Below, one piece after another: positions 11,396 to 21,517 of a stretch of DNA of 64,000 bases; position 1 is the first letter of the stretch; every line of letters starts with the position of its first letter. The notes under the pieces are model-generated. The model saw only the letters and a program-made list of their open reading frames with translations, searched no databases and was not told where the DNA came from. Both the position numbers and the translations under genes were made by a program. The stretch comes from an uncultured Gammaproteobacteria bacterium (GTDB lineage Bacteria; Pseudomonadota; Gammaproteobacteria; JACCXJ01), in NCBI GenBank assembly GCA_963764725.1, contig CAVXTM010000002.1, forward strand, positions 64,001 to 128,000. Direction: 5' to 3'.

Positions 11396-12277
11396 ATGAG
11401 CATTTTGATCAACGAAAAAACACCGGTCATCGTCCAGGGATTCACGGGCCAGATCGGGACCTTCCACGCCAAGGAAATGATGGAATACGGCACTAACGTG
11501 GTCGGGGGGGTCACGCCCGGAAAGGGGGGCGGCACGCACCTCGGCAGGCCGGTCTTCAACACGGTCAAGGAAGCGGTGGACGCTACCGGTGCGCAGGCGA
11601 GCATCATCTTCGTTCCGGCGCCCTTCGCCGCCGATTCGATCATGGAAGCGGCCGATGCGGGGATCCGTTATTGCGTCGCGATCACCGATGGGATCCCGGC
11701 CCAGGACATGATCCGGGTGAAACGTTACATGCGTCGCTACCGGGCCGAAAACCGGATGCGACTCACGGGTCCGAATTGCGCCGGGACCATTAGCCCGGGC
11801 AAGGCCATGATGGGGATCATGCCAGGGCACATCTATATGAAAGGCATCGTGGGTATCGTCGGGCGCTCGGGAACGCTCGGTTACGAGGCCGCCTCGCAGA
11901 TGAAGGCCTCGGGGATCGGTGTCACTACCAGCGTCGGCATCGGCGGCGATCCCATCAACGGCAGCTCCTTCAAGGACATCTTGGAACTGTTCCAGGAAGA
12001 CCCCGAGACCAAGGCTATCATGATGATCGGCGAGATCGGGGGCCCGCAAGAAGCCGAAGCCGCTCATTTCGTGAAGGAGAATATGAAGAAACCCGTGGTC
12101 GGCTATATCGCCGGGCTGACCGCGCCCAAAGGCCGCCGCATGGGGCACGCGGGGGCCATCATCTCGGCCTTTGGCGAGAGCGCCGCGGAAAAGGTCGAGA
12201 TCCTCCAGGAATGCGGCGTGACCGTCGCCCCGAGCCCGGCCGAACTCGGGACGACGATGGCGCAGGTGCTCAAGTAG
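11396..12277 (+). CDS. mtkB: Malate thiokinase alpha subunit
   Basis: [30 protein letters not shown]. Confidence 0.9.
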   Translation: MSILINEKTPVIVQGFTGQIGTFHAKEMMEYGTNVVGGVTPGKGGGTHLGRPVFNTVKEAVDATGAQASIIFVPAPFAADSIMEAADAGIRYCVAITDGIPAQDMIRVKRYMRRYRAENRMRLTGPNCAGTISPGKAMMGIMPGHIYMKGIVGIVGRSGTLGYEAASQMKASGIGVTTSVGIGGDPINGSSFKDILELFQEDPETKAIMMIGEIGGPQEAEAAHFVKENMKKPVVGYIAGLTAPKGRRMGHAGAIISAFGESAAEKVEILQECGVTVAPSPAELGTTMAQVLK

Positions 12278-12352
12278 GTAAGCTAGATGCTCACTGAGCC
12301 AATGTTGGGTGTGGCACGTGTGAACTGAAATGCCAATGAGTAATCTAGGTAT

Positions 12353-12805
12353 ATGGAAGTAGTTGCTGCAATTGTAGGCGTCGTCGTGGGCTTCCTTCTG
12401 AGCGAACTGAAGGAGTGGCACGCTCGCAAGAAAAGGCATGCAGCTTTATGGCAAGCGCTAAACGCCGAGATCGAATTCTGTAAAGAACGAGCCAACACAT
12501 ATTTGCAGGACAACGTAATGGCACCTTTATATAGGCTTCCCCTTTTGTCCTACCAAAACTGCCTTCCAGTGCTGCTGTCTGATGGCGCACTTAAAGAAGG
12601 TGAAACCCGCAATTTAATGGAGTTCTTCACCGAAGTAGAGACACTAAATCGCGGTCTAGATAATGTAGCGGCGATGCGCGAAAAGGGGGATGATAAAATA
12701 CTAAAAGAGGAATACAGCCGCAATCGCCTGAAAGCTGAGCGGCTTGCCGAATCTGGAACTCTTTATTCCAAGGCTATTGCGATAACTCGGGCGTGGAAAT
12801 GCTGA
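12353..12805 (+). CDS. Hypothetical protein with an N-terminal TM helix, in an integron-cassette-like unit
   Basis: Visibly AT-richer than its flanks; GTTGGGT core upstream at 12304 and an attC-like site downstream. Confidence 0.7.
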   Translation: MEVVAAIVGVVVGFLLSELKEWHARKKRHAALWQALNAEIEFCKERANTYLQDNVMAPLYRLPLLSYQNCLPVLLSDGALKEGETRNLMEFFTEVETLNRGLDNVAAMREKGDDKILKEEYSRNRLKAERLAESGTLYSKAIAITRAWKC

Positions 12806-12812
12806 TGTTGTT

Positions 12813-12872
12813 GCCCATTCGCTCCACTCGGACGCGGCAAAAAGCGCCGCACCGGTGAGCTCATCGTTATAC
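12813..12872 (+). mobile_element. Degenerate attC-like site
   Basis: GCCCA(ttc)GCTCCACTCGGACGCGGC-aaaaagc-GCCGCACCGGTGAGCtcatc-GTTATAC: imperfect palindrome with an extra base in the L box and a GTT core; R'' is eroded. Confidence 0.65.
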
Positions 12873-12898
12873 AGAATGTCTTCGACAAATCTGCAAGT

Positions 12899-13032
12899 CC
12901 CTTCTCCCTCCGGGAGAAGGTTAGGATGAGGGGAATAAAATCAAATACATGCGTCGATTATTCTGATCCCCTCACCCCAACCCTCTCCCTGTGGGAGAGG
13001 GAGACAGTGTGCCTCTCCCGGAGGGACAGGGA
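12899..13032. repeat. Inverted pair (plus a half copy) of CCCCTCACCCCAACCCTCTCCC-type REP/MITE
   Basis: 12899-12933 is the near reverse complement of 12968-13001; a related copy is at 35564-35601. Confidence 0.75.
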
Positions 13033-13080
13033 ACTCGGAGAGGTACCTCGAATTTCAAATATGCTTGGCTAGGCTTAGAC

Positions 13081-14052
13081 ATGAGCAAACCAAAAGTCAT
13101 TGTGACGCGCCGCTGGCCAGCGGAGGTCGAGGCACGGCTCCAGCAGCTTTACGACGTCCAATTGAATACCGACGATAGGCCCATGACGGTTGCCGAGCTT
13201 CAAGACGCGCTGCGCGTCGCGGACGCGCTCCTGCCGACGGTGTCGGACAAGATCACAGCCGCCGTGCTAAGCGCCGAGCCGCAAAAAACGAAGATTCTCG
13301 GTAACTTCGGCGTCGGTTTTAACCATATCGATATCGCGGCCGCCAAGGGGCGGGGTCTGGTGGTGACGAACACGCCGGAGGTGCTGACCGATTGCACCGC
13401 CGATCTCGCGATGACCTTGCTCTGCATGGTCGCGCGCCGTGCCGGAGAGGGCGAGCGCCACGTGCGGACGAAAGCCTGGACCGGCTGGCGGCCGACACAC
13501 ATGATCGCGACTAAAATCACCGGGAAGACACTCGGCTTGGTCGGGTTCGGCCGCATTGCGCAGGCGGTCGCCGCGCGCGCGCATCACGGTTTCGGGATGA
13601 AGATCCTTTTCCATGATCCCTACCCGCCGCCCAAGGAGGCTTCGGATGCGGTAAAGGCGACTCAATGCGATACGGTCGAGGAGGTCCTCGCACAGGCGGA
13701 TTTCGTCTCGCTTCATTGTCCGGGTGGACAGGAGACACGTCACCTCATCAATGCCGAGCGCTTGAAACGGATGAAACCCACGGCGTTCTTGATCAATACC
13801 GCGCGCGGTGATGTGGTCGACGAACAGGCGTTGGCCGCGGGGCTTAAGAGCGGGACCATCGCCGGGGCCGGTCTCGATGTATACGAAAGCGAACCGCGCG
13901 TCACCGAAGAATTACTCACCATGGAAAACGTCGTCCTGCTGCCGCACCTCGGGAGTGCGACCCGTGAGACCCGGGTCGCGATGGGAATGCGGGTGCTGGA
14001 AAACGTCGAGGCGTTCTTTGCCGGGAAACCACCGCGTGACCGCGTGGTGTGA
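13081..14052 (+). CDS. D-2-hydroxyacid dehydrogenase, probably hydroxypyruvate/glyoxylate reductase
   Basis: GLVGFGRIA, INTARG, GLDVYESEP, LPHLGSAT; located between mtkB and ppc. Confidence 0.85.
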   Translation: MSKPKVIVTRRWPAEVEARLQQLYDVQLNTDDRPMTVAELQDALRVADALLPTVSDKITAAVLSAEPQKTKILGNFGVGFNHIDIAAAKGRGLVVTNTPEVLTDCTADLAMTLLCMVARRAGEGERHVRTKAWTGWRPTHMIATKITGKTLGLVGFGRIAQAVAARAHHGFGMKILFHDPYPPPKEASDAVKATQCDTVEEVLAQADFVSLHCPGGQETRHLINAERLKRMKPTAFLINTARGDVVDEQALAAGLKSGTIAGAGLDVYESEPRVTEELLTMENVVLLPHLGSATRETRVAMGMRVLENVEAFFAGKPPRDRVV

Positions 14053-16796
14053 GCGAGAAACAGCGCCCGGCGCGTAAGGCCAATACGACCGGCGAGGGGA
14101 CAGGGGCCGCCTACGCCCAAGACCTCCTCGATCTTCTTTTCAACCTGCTGTGCGAGGTCGTGCGTACGCACCACCCGGAGGTGGAAGCCGTGTTGCGAGG
14201 GCGCGCGGCGCTACTGCATAGCGCGCCCGAGCTTCTGCTGCGAACGCTACAGGCATGGGGGATCTGGTTCCAACTCGTCACGCTCGTGGAACAGAACGCC
14301 ACGATGCGCCGCTTGCGTCAGACCGAGGCCGAGCGCGGGGCGGAGCATGTTCCGGGTACCTTCGCGTTTGTCCTCGCCGAAGCACAACGCGCCGGGATCG
14401 CGCCGGGTGTCATTCAGAGGGTCTTGGAGCGGGCGCGTATTCAGCCCGTGCTCACCGCCCATCCCACGGAGGCGAAAAGGGTCACCGTGCTCGAGATCCA
14501 TCGGCGGATTTATCTCTTGCTGGTGGAGTTGGAAACGCCGCGCTGGACCCCTCGGGAGCGCGAGAATCGGATCGAAAAACTGCGCAACGAAATCGAGCTT
14601 CTCTGGTTGACCGGCGAGCTGCGGCTCGAAAAGCCGACGGTGGATCAGGAAGTCGCGTGGGGCTTGCACTTCTTCAATGAGGTATTGTTCGAGCGCGTGC
14701 CGGAGCTGATGGAGAAACTCGATCGCGCGCTCGATCAACACTACCGAGGCGCGGGTTTGACGCTCCCAGCGTTTCTTAAATTCGGATCGTGGATCGGGGG
14801 TGACCGCGACGGCAATCCCTTCGTCACCAACGAAGTGACGCGCGATACCTTGCTCAGAAACCGCCGGGCGACTCTCCACCGCTACCGGAGCCGTTTGAGT
14901 CACCTGGCGCGGGTCCTGAGCATCGCCGCTCATGCAGTCAAGGTTCCGCCCTATTTCGAAGCCGCCTTGACGACGATGTTGGCGCAGTTTGAAGACCAAA
15001 CCGTCATTACGCGGCGTAATCCGGGCGAGGTATTCCGGCAATTCGCCGCCTGCATGCTGCGTAAGCTAGAAGGCACGCATGCGGCGCCCAGCGCCGGGAA
15101 CACTGATCCTTGTTACGGCAGCGCGGACGAGCTCATCGACGATATCAACACAGTGGAACGCGCGCTCGTGGATGCTCATTGCGAGAGCTTGGCGAAGAGC
15201 CTCGTGCGTCCGCTCAGGCGGGAGGTCGAGGTGTTTCGGTTCCGGACGGTGCGTTTGGATCTGCGCGAGAACTCAACGGTGACCACAAAGACCCTGTCAG
15301 CGCTGTGGCAAGCTCGGCACGGCGGCGCCGAGTCGCCCGAGATCGGGTCGGCGCCCTGGAATCAGTGGCTTCACGATGAGCTGGCCCGGCCGCTCGACCA
15401 TCCGGTCCAGTTCCAAGGGCTCGATGAACAAGCCGTAGCGACCCTCGGCATGTTGCGGATGGTGCCGTTGATGCGGCGGCAAGTGGATCGCGAGGCTTTC
15501 GGTCATATGATCTTAAGCATGACGCGCTCGGTGGCGGATATCCTGGGCGTGTATCTGCTTGCGAAATACGCAGGATTGTTTGCCGATCCCGAGGGCGTGG
15601 AGCACTGCACGCTGCCCATCGTGCCCTTGTTCGAGACCATCGAGGATCTCAAGCGCGCGCCAGGGATCATGAAAGAGTTGCTGGCGGCGCCGGTGGTACG
15701 GCGCTCGGTCCGGGCTCAGGGCGGGGTGCAAGAGGTGATGATCGGGTATTCCGATTCCAATAAGGACGGCGGTTTTTTCACCTCCAACTGGGAGCTGAGC
15801 CGGGCCCAATCGCGGCTGACCCGTGTCGGCGCCGAGGCGGGGATCGCGATCTCGTTCTTTCATGGCCGTGGTGGTTCGGTGAGCCGGGGGGGTGTCCCGA
15901 CCGGACATGCCATCGCGGCGCAACCGCCCGGCTCCATCGACGGACGCATGCGGATGACCGAACAGGGTGAGGTGGTTTCCTTCAAGTACGCGAACCGCGG
16001 CACGGCCTTATATCAAATGGAGTTGCTCGCATCGAGCGTCCTGGAACATACGCTGAAATCCGAGCACGAGCGGGAACTGCAACCCGATGCCGAGGCCGAT
16101 GAAGCCATGGAGGCGCTGTCCGGGGCCGCCTACGCCGCCTACCGGCGCCTGGCCGAGCATCCGGGTCTCGTGGACTACTACCAGGCCGCAAGCCCGGTCG
16201 ATGAGTTAGTGCTCCTGAACATCGGCTCGCGTCCCGCGCGGCGCTTCGGCGCCAAGACCTTGAATGATCTGCGCGCCATTCCGTGGGTATTCGCGTGGAC
16301 GCAGAATCGCCATATGATCCCCGGATGGTACGGGGTCGGAAGCGGCATCAAGAATTTTCTCGAGGTGCGAGGCGCCGAAGGCAAAACGCTTCTCAAACGC
16401 ATGTTCCATCACTCACGTTTGTTCCGGCTCATCATCGACGAGGTTGAAAAGACTCTCCCGCAAGTGAGCTTGACCATCGCCCGTGAATACGCCGAGCTGG
16501 TCCCGAGCGCAGAGGTGCGCGAGGAGATCTATGCCATGGTCAAGGAGGAATACGAGCGTACTGTCGCGATGGTGCATCGCGTGAGCGGCGCGCGGGATCT
16601 CTGCGTCCGCTTTCCCCGCTTTCGCCGGCGGCTCGCGCGAAGGCTCACGATCATCGACCAGGTCGGCCACGAACAAGTGCGGTTGATTCAGCGGTTCCGC
16701 GGCGCCAAGAAATCCGAGAGAGAGCGCCGCCGGGAGCTTGTGCCCTTGTTGCTTTCGATCAACTGCATCGCCTCGGGCCTCGGCTGGACGGGTTAG
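14049..16796 (+). CDS. ppc: Phosphoenolpyruvate carboxylase
   Basis: LTAHPTE, SWIGGDRDGNP, MIGYSDSNKDGG, FHGRGGSVSRGG, LRAIPWVFAWTQ. Confidence 0.97.
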   Translation: MSEKQRPARKANTTGEGTGAAYAQDLLDLLFNLLCEVVRTHHPEVEAVLRGRAALLHSAPELLLRTLQAWGIWFQLVTLVEQNATMRRLRQTEAERGAEHVPGTFAFVLAEAQRAGIAPGVIQRVLERARIQPVLTAHPTEAKRVTVLEIHRRIYLLLVELETPRWTPRERENRIEKLRNEIELLWLTGELRLEKPTVDQEVAWGLHFFNEVLFERVPELMEKLDRALDQHYRGAGLTLPAFLKFGSWIGGDRDGNPFVTNEVTRDTLLRNRRATLHRYRSRLSHLARVLSIAAHAVKVPPYFEAALTTMLAQFEDQTVITRRNPGEVFRQFAACMLRKLEGTHAAPSAGNTDPCYGSADELIDDINTVERALVDAHCESLAKSLVRPLRREVEVFRFRTVRLDLRENSTVTTKTLSALWQARHGGAESPEIGSAPWNQWLHDELARPLDHPVQFQGLDEQAVATLGMLRMVPLMRRQVDREAFGHMILSMTRSVADILGVYLLAKYAGLFADPEGVEHCTLPIVPLFETIEDLKRAPGIMKELLAAPVVRRSVRAQGGVQEVMIGYSDSNKDGGFFTSNWELSRAQSRLTRVGAEAGIAISFFHGRGGSVSRGGVPTGHAIAAQPPGSIDGRMRMTEQGEVVSFKYANRGTALYQMELLASSVLEHTLKSEHERELQPDAEADEAMEALSGAAYAAYRRLAEHPGLVDYYQAASPVDELVLLNIGSRPARRFGAKTLNDLRAIPWVFAWTQNRHMIPGWYGVGSGIKNFLEVRGAEGKTLLKRMFHHSRLFRLIIDEVEKTLPQVSLTIAREYAELVPSAEVREEIYAMVKEEYERTVAMVHRVSGARDLCVRFPRFRRRLARRLTIIDQVGHEQVRLIQRFRGAKKSERERRRELVPLLLSINCIASGLGWTG

Positions 16797-16915
16797 CTGA
16801 ATGTGAAAACGCAGGGTACGCATGCGGCCTGGTGTAAGATATTGGCTAGTAACGACCGCGCGGGGGCCGCGGTGAAATCTCCGTCAACTGAGTGCTTGGA
16901 AGGGGGCGTGGCAGT

Positions 16916-19189
16916 GTGAAGGCGGATCAAGCGGATCGAGTGAAGCAGACGGCCCTCGAGTGGCTATCCGTTTTGGCGGGTACGGATCTATTTTCTGATC
17001 TATCGCCATCGGACCTGGAGCTGGTCGCCGGGGAGATGGAGCTTATCTCCTTGTCTCAGGGTCAGTTTCTCATTCGCCAGGAGGATCCCGGCGATAGCCT
17101 TTACGTGATTCTCGAAGGTCAATTCCTGGTTACCCGGAGAAACGATCGGGGCGAGGAGGTTCCTCTCAATCGTGTCGGCACGGGCGCCTCTGTCGGCGAG
17201 ATCGCGCTGGTGACCGGCGAGCGGCGGAGCGCATCGGTTCGTGCCGACTGCGATTCGATCGTTGCTAGGCTCGGCAAGGACGCCCTCGAGCACGTATGCC
17301 GGAGGGCTCCGCAAGTAGCGGCCAGGCTGGCGCGGATCATCGTCGAGCGCTTGCAAAGGGCGGAGCTGCGAAGCTTGCTTTTCTTCGGCGATCAGTTCAA
17401 GGGCATGAGCCAAGCCGTGCTCAAGGATCTGGAAGCGGAGATGGAATTGATGCTTTGTCCGAGCGGCACCTGCCTCATACGCGAGGGAGACGATTGCGAT
17501 GGCAGCTACATCGTCGTGAGCGGCCGCTTGCGTGTTACCCACCAACATGCGGGCGGCGAGCCGCGCGTTGCCACCGAGCTCGGGCGTGGCCAGACGGTCG
17601 GCGAGATAGGGATGCTGACGGGAGGCAAGCGCACGGCGACCGTATGCGCTATTCGTGACACCCTGATGGCCAAGCTATCGGTCGAAGCCTTCGAGGGTCT
17701 ACTACGGAAACATCCTCACGCATTGGTCAAACACTTCGCCGGCGCCGTGATCAACCGGCTTTGGACGCAAACCTTAGGGAAAGCGCGGGACAAGAACAGC
17801 GTGGTCACTATCGCGCTCATCCCGGTCGGCAAGAATGTTCCACTCACGGATTTCAGTCGCTTGTTGGCCGAAGCTCTGTCGGGGCACGGGCCGACCTTGC
17901 TCTTGAACAGCGGCTTGCTCGGTGAGTATCTAAGCTCGAAGGAAATCGCCCATACGCCGCTGGATGATCCGGATAATCTTAGCATAGCCAGCTGGCTAAA
18001 CCATCAGGAGTCCGCGTACCGTTATATTCTCTATCAGACCGATAGCGCACCCTCTGAATGGACCAAGCGCTGCTTGCGTCAAGCCGATCGCGTGCTGCTC
18101 GTGGCCGATGCCGCCTCCTCAGCGCGCAAGGGGGAAATCGAAGAGACTCTCTTGAGCGATCCCCGCTACCGGCCATTACCCAAGAGTCTCGTGATCTTGC
18201 ACCAGGGAAACGTTGCCTGTGAGCGGACCGAGGCCTGGCTGCGCGAAAGAGAGGCGCGTTACCACTACCATGTCTGCCCGTCCGACGCGCACGATATGGC
18301 GCGCTTGGGGCGGCTTGCGAGCGGCAATGGCGTGGGCCTGGTATTGAGCGGCGGCGGAGCGCGTGGGTTCGCTCACATCGGTGCTATCCGCGCGCTTAGG
18401 GAAGCAGGGATCCCCGTCGACAAGGTGGGCGGCAGCAGCATCGGTTCCATCGTGGCCGGCATGACGGCATTGCGCTGGGACCACCGGACGATGATCGATC
18501 AGGCGTGCGCGTTCAATTACCGCATGGACTACACCTATCCCGCGGTGGCCTTGACCACCGGAAACAACATCACCCGCCAGCTAAAGAAGGAGTTCGGCGA
18601 GCAGAAGATCGAGGATCTTTGGATCAGTTTCTTTTGCGTGAGCACCGATTTGAACGCCTCCCGGCAAGCAGTCCACGATCGAGGCCTGCTGTGGAAATAC
18701 GTGCGCGCAAGCATGTCGGTCCCCGGCCTGTTCCCGCCGGTCATCGAAGGGAACCGTTTTCTCGTCGACGGGGCAGTTTTCAACAACATGCCTGTCGATG
18801 TGATGCGCAGCCAGGACGATATCGGCCCCCTGATCGCTTTCGATGTCGGCGCTCCGGTGCGGCTCGAAACAGAAACCCGAATCGAGGGAAGCTTTTCGGG
18901 TTGGCAGGCGTTGACGCGCATGCTCAACCCGGCCGCGCGATCCCTCGGCCTGCCGAGCCTGACCAAAACGCTGATGGCGTCGTGGTTGATCAAGAGCGAT
19001 GAAGCGAAGGAGACCATGCAGAACCTGGCGGACTTCTACCTGCGGTTTCCCGTGCAAGAGTTCGGGTTGCTCGATTTTAGTCGAGTCAAGGAGCTCGCGG
19101 AATGGGGATATGCTTACACGTCCGAGAAACTGGCCGAATGGGACAGGGACTCGGCGGGTCTTCCAAGACTGCATAGCAAAGATGAATGA
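16916..19189 (+). CDS. Tandem cNMP-binding + patatin phospholipase (NTE-like)
   Basis: Two cNMP domains (GEIALVTGERRSASV; GEIGMLTGGKRTATV) and patatin motifs GGGARG, GSSIG, DGA. Confidence 0.9.
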   Translation: MKADQADRVKQTALEWLSVLAGTDLFSDLSPSDLELVAGEMELISLSQGQFLIRQEDPGDSLYVILEGQFLVTRRNDRGEEVPLNRVGTGASVGEIALVTGERRSASVRADCDSIVARLGKDALEHVCRRAPQVAARLARIIVERLQRAELRSLLFFGDQFKGMSQAVLKDLEAEMELMLCPSGTCLIREGDDCDGSYIVVSGRLRVTHQHAGGEPRVATELGRGQTVGEIGMLTGGKRTATVCAIRDTLMAKLSVEAFEGLLRKHPHALVKHFAGAVINRLWTQTLGKARDKNSVVTIALIPVGKNVPLTDFSRLLAEALSGHGPTLLLNSGLLGEYLSSKEIAHTPLDDPDNLSIASWLNHQESAYRYILYQTDSAPSEWTKRCLRQADRVLLVADAASSARKGEIEETLLSDPRYRPLPKSLVILHQGNVACERTEAWLREREARYHYHVCPSDAHDMARLGRLASGNGVGLVLSGGGARGFAHIGAIRALREAGIPVDKVGGSSIGSIVAGMTALRWDHRTMIDQACAFNYRMDYTYPAVALTTGNNITRQLKKEFGEQKIEDLWISFFCVSTDLNASRQAVHDRGLLWKYVRASMSVPGLFPPVIEGNRFLVDGAVFNNMPVDVMRSQDDIGPLIAFDVGAPVRLETETRIEGSFSGWQALTRMLNPAARSLGLPSLTKTLMASWLIKSDEAKETMQNLADFYLRFPVQEFGLLDFSRVKELAEWGYAYTSEKLAEWDRDSAGLPRLHSKDE

Positions 19190-19249
19190 CGGGCTATTCG
19201 CACCGCCACCTAAGTGGGTATCCATATAGTCCTGTCTACAGTCCCGCAC

Positions 19250-21217
19250 CTACCTCGAACCAAGCATCGTGTCATTCCGGATCTTCGTGGTCAGGACGAC
19301 CAACAGATTTGCAAGCAGATTGGGAGACTTCCCGAGAAGGTCCAGGAATACGCGGCGTTCGATCACGAACAATCGGCACGCTTCGGTGGTCGTGGCAGTG
19401 GCTAATCGTGGCCCGCCATCGATAAGCGCAAGCTCGCCCACAGCGTCGCCCGCCTGCCGGATGCCGATCTCGGCGGCATGGCCGGTCCCGTCTTTAACGC
19501 GCAAAGAAACCTTGCCTTCCAAGATGCAGTAGAGCGCGTCCCCCGGATCGCCCTCGCGGAATAGCTCGGCCCCGGCGGGCACCGGGCGCTCCTCCCCGAT
19601 CTCGGCGAGCCTCTCAAACGCTTGTTCGTTGAGGTCGCGGAACAGCGGAACGCTGTGATGCAGCCTGGCGGTTAACCGGGGATGGTAGCTTCGATGCCGG
19701 CCGGTGGGCGCCACGCCCCCCAGCAGAGGCCTGCGTTCGAGCAGCGTCAGGAGATCAGGTGCTTCGGCGCGCATGGCTCGACGAAAGATCCCATGCATCC
19801 AGATCAAGCAGGTGGCCGAAATCACAGTGAGCACTAACCAACAGCTCGCCCAGACACCCGTCCAATCGAGCAGATAGGCAAACGCCATGGGTAGGACGAA
19901 GCCACCCAGGGCGCCGATCAGCCCCACCATGCCGCCGACCGTCCCGACGGCGCTGGGAAATTGCTCCGGAATCATTCGGTAGTCACTGCCCTCGCCGACG
20001 CCCGTCGCGAGACCGAAAATGCATACCAGCAGGGTGAAGATCCAGAGGTTCGCCGGATAGTAGATATTCGTCACGCCGCGCGCCAAGAGTGTATTTTTCT
20101 GCACCGATTCGCCGATCTGGACGACCGACTCCTGCCAGGTCATCTTTTGCACCCATAACATGCTACCGTCGTCGCTATCAGCGAGACTCCGCGCGGGCGG
20201 GGGGAGTAGCGCGTAGGTTTTCTCGCCCACCACTATGCGGTCCTTCGCGACCGAGGTAATCGTTCCGGCTTCGGTAGCGGTGACACCCGGGCCGGGCAGG
20301 CGGCTATCCATTTTGGGGATAGCGAGGAACAGGCAGACAATGGCACAGGTCCAAAACACCCAATTCATGACCGTCCGGGCTCCGCAACGGTCCGACAGCC
20401 AGCCGCCCGCGACGGAAATGATCCCCGAGGGCAGGCTGAATGCGGCTGCGAGCAGGCCGGCTTGGGCGAGGGATAGCTCGTAAACATTGACGGCGTAGGG
20501 AACGAGCCACTGCGCGAGCGCGACGAAGGACCCGGCAACCAAAAAGAAATAGAATCCAATGCGCCAGACCACGATGTCCCGAAGGGGCGCAAATAGCTCC
20601 GGTAACGAGCGCGCGCTAACGTTCGGGGAAACACGGGGCGGAGCGGCGAGATAAAAGAACGCCGCTGATAGGAGCAATAAGCCCGCGTAGATGCGTGGGA
20701 GCAAACGCCAACCATCGAGGTCCGATCCGTGGCTGGTGACCCACTGCAGGAGTTGCGGGGCGAGTACCGTTGTCGCGGCGGCGCCAGCGCTTCCGATGCC
20801 GAAGATCCCGAGCGCGGTGCCCTGCGAGCCCTTTGGAAACCACGCCGATACGTAAGCGAAACCGGCCGCGAAGCTGCCGCCCGCGAAACCGAATGCGAGG
20901 CTCAGCAGAAAAAACTCGGCGAACGAGTCCGCGAGGGAGAGGAAGTACAAGGGCACGGAAACGCCAGCCATGAGGAGCGCGAAAACGCCGCGGCCGCCGT
21001 AACGATCCGCCAGCATACCGAGGGGCACGCGGCTCAAGGCGCCCGTGAGGATAGGCGCGGCAAACAGCCAGCCGATCTCGGTCTTACTGAAGCGAAAAAT
21101 CCCCGCGCTCACGAGATGGGTCACGAGCACCGAGTTGATTACCCAGGCCGCGAAACAAACCCCAAACGCGATCGTGCTGGCGCTCAGCGCGGTCAGGGCG
21201 GCGCGGCGATCAGTCAT
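19250..21217 (-). CDS. NarK/NNP-like MFS transporter fused to a C-terminal cNMP-binding domain
   Basis: GGSFAAG..VSAWFPK..QGTALGIFG signature, about 12 hydrophobic segments; C-terminal FREGDPGD...GELALIDGGPRLATA. Confidence 0.85.
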   Translation of the reverse strand: MTDRRAALTALSASTIAFGVCFAAWVINSVLVTHLVSAGIFRFSKTEIGWLFAAPILTGALSRVPLGMLADRYGGRGVFALLMAGVSVPLYFLSLADSFAEFFLLSLAFGFAGGSFAAGFAYVSAWFPKGSQGTALGIFGIGSAGAAATTVLAPQLLQWVTSHGSDLDGWRLLPRIYAGLLLLSAAFFYLAAPPRVSPNVSARSLPELFAPLRDIVVWRIGFYFFLVAGSFVALAQWLVPYAVNVYELSLAQAGLLAAAFSLPSGIISVAGGWLSDRCGARTVMNWVFWTCAIVCLFLAIPKMDSRLPGPGVTATEAGTITSVAKDRIVVGEKTYALLPPPARSLADSDDGSMLWVQKMTWQESVVQIGESVQKNTLLARGVTNIYYPANLWIFTLLVCIFGLATGVGEGSDYRMIPEQFPSAVGTVGGMVGLIGALGGFVLPMAFAYLLDWTGVWASCWLVLTVISATCLIWMHGIFRRAMRAEAPDLLTLLERRPLLGGVAPTGRHRSYHPRLTARLHHSVPLFRDLNEQAFERLAEIGEERPVPAGAELFREGDPGDALYCILEGKVSLRVKDGTGHAAEIGIRQAGDAVGELALIDGGPRLATATTTEACRLFVIERRVFLDLLGKSPNLLANLLVVLTTKIRNDTMLGSR

Positions 21218-21517
21218 TACCGCGCCGACGAATGTCCTCTGCCCATGAGTGCATCGTAAGCAATGATTCTTCGGGGCTCAACCCCAGGCGTGTCCGCGCC
21301 GGGCAGCGCCCGCATGCGACATTGATCTCAGCGGGTTGTTCTAGCGGGGCGCTACGCCGCATGGGTGGATTCGGCCGGCAGTCATGCAGCGGCTCGCCCA
21401 CAAGGGGCTTCCACCCGAGCTGACACACCCTGTCTCGGCGAGTCAATGCGATAACCTGCGGGGCCTCTTTTCTGGTATAGTGAAACGCTATCTTTCAACG
21501 AACCACAATGGGGGATA

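Noticed and set aside
10203-12277. sucCD (succinyl-CoA synthetase)
   Set aside because: The FAGINRCDW motif and the position between mcl and hpr/ppc indicate malate thiokinase.
9146-12439. Long antisense ORFs (e.g. 9146-10210, 10955-12439) and similar ones opposite metG, recC and recB
   Set aside because: Shadow ORFs caused by high-GC codon bias on the strand opposite well-supported genes.
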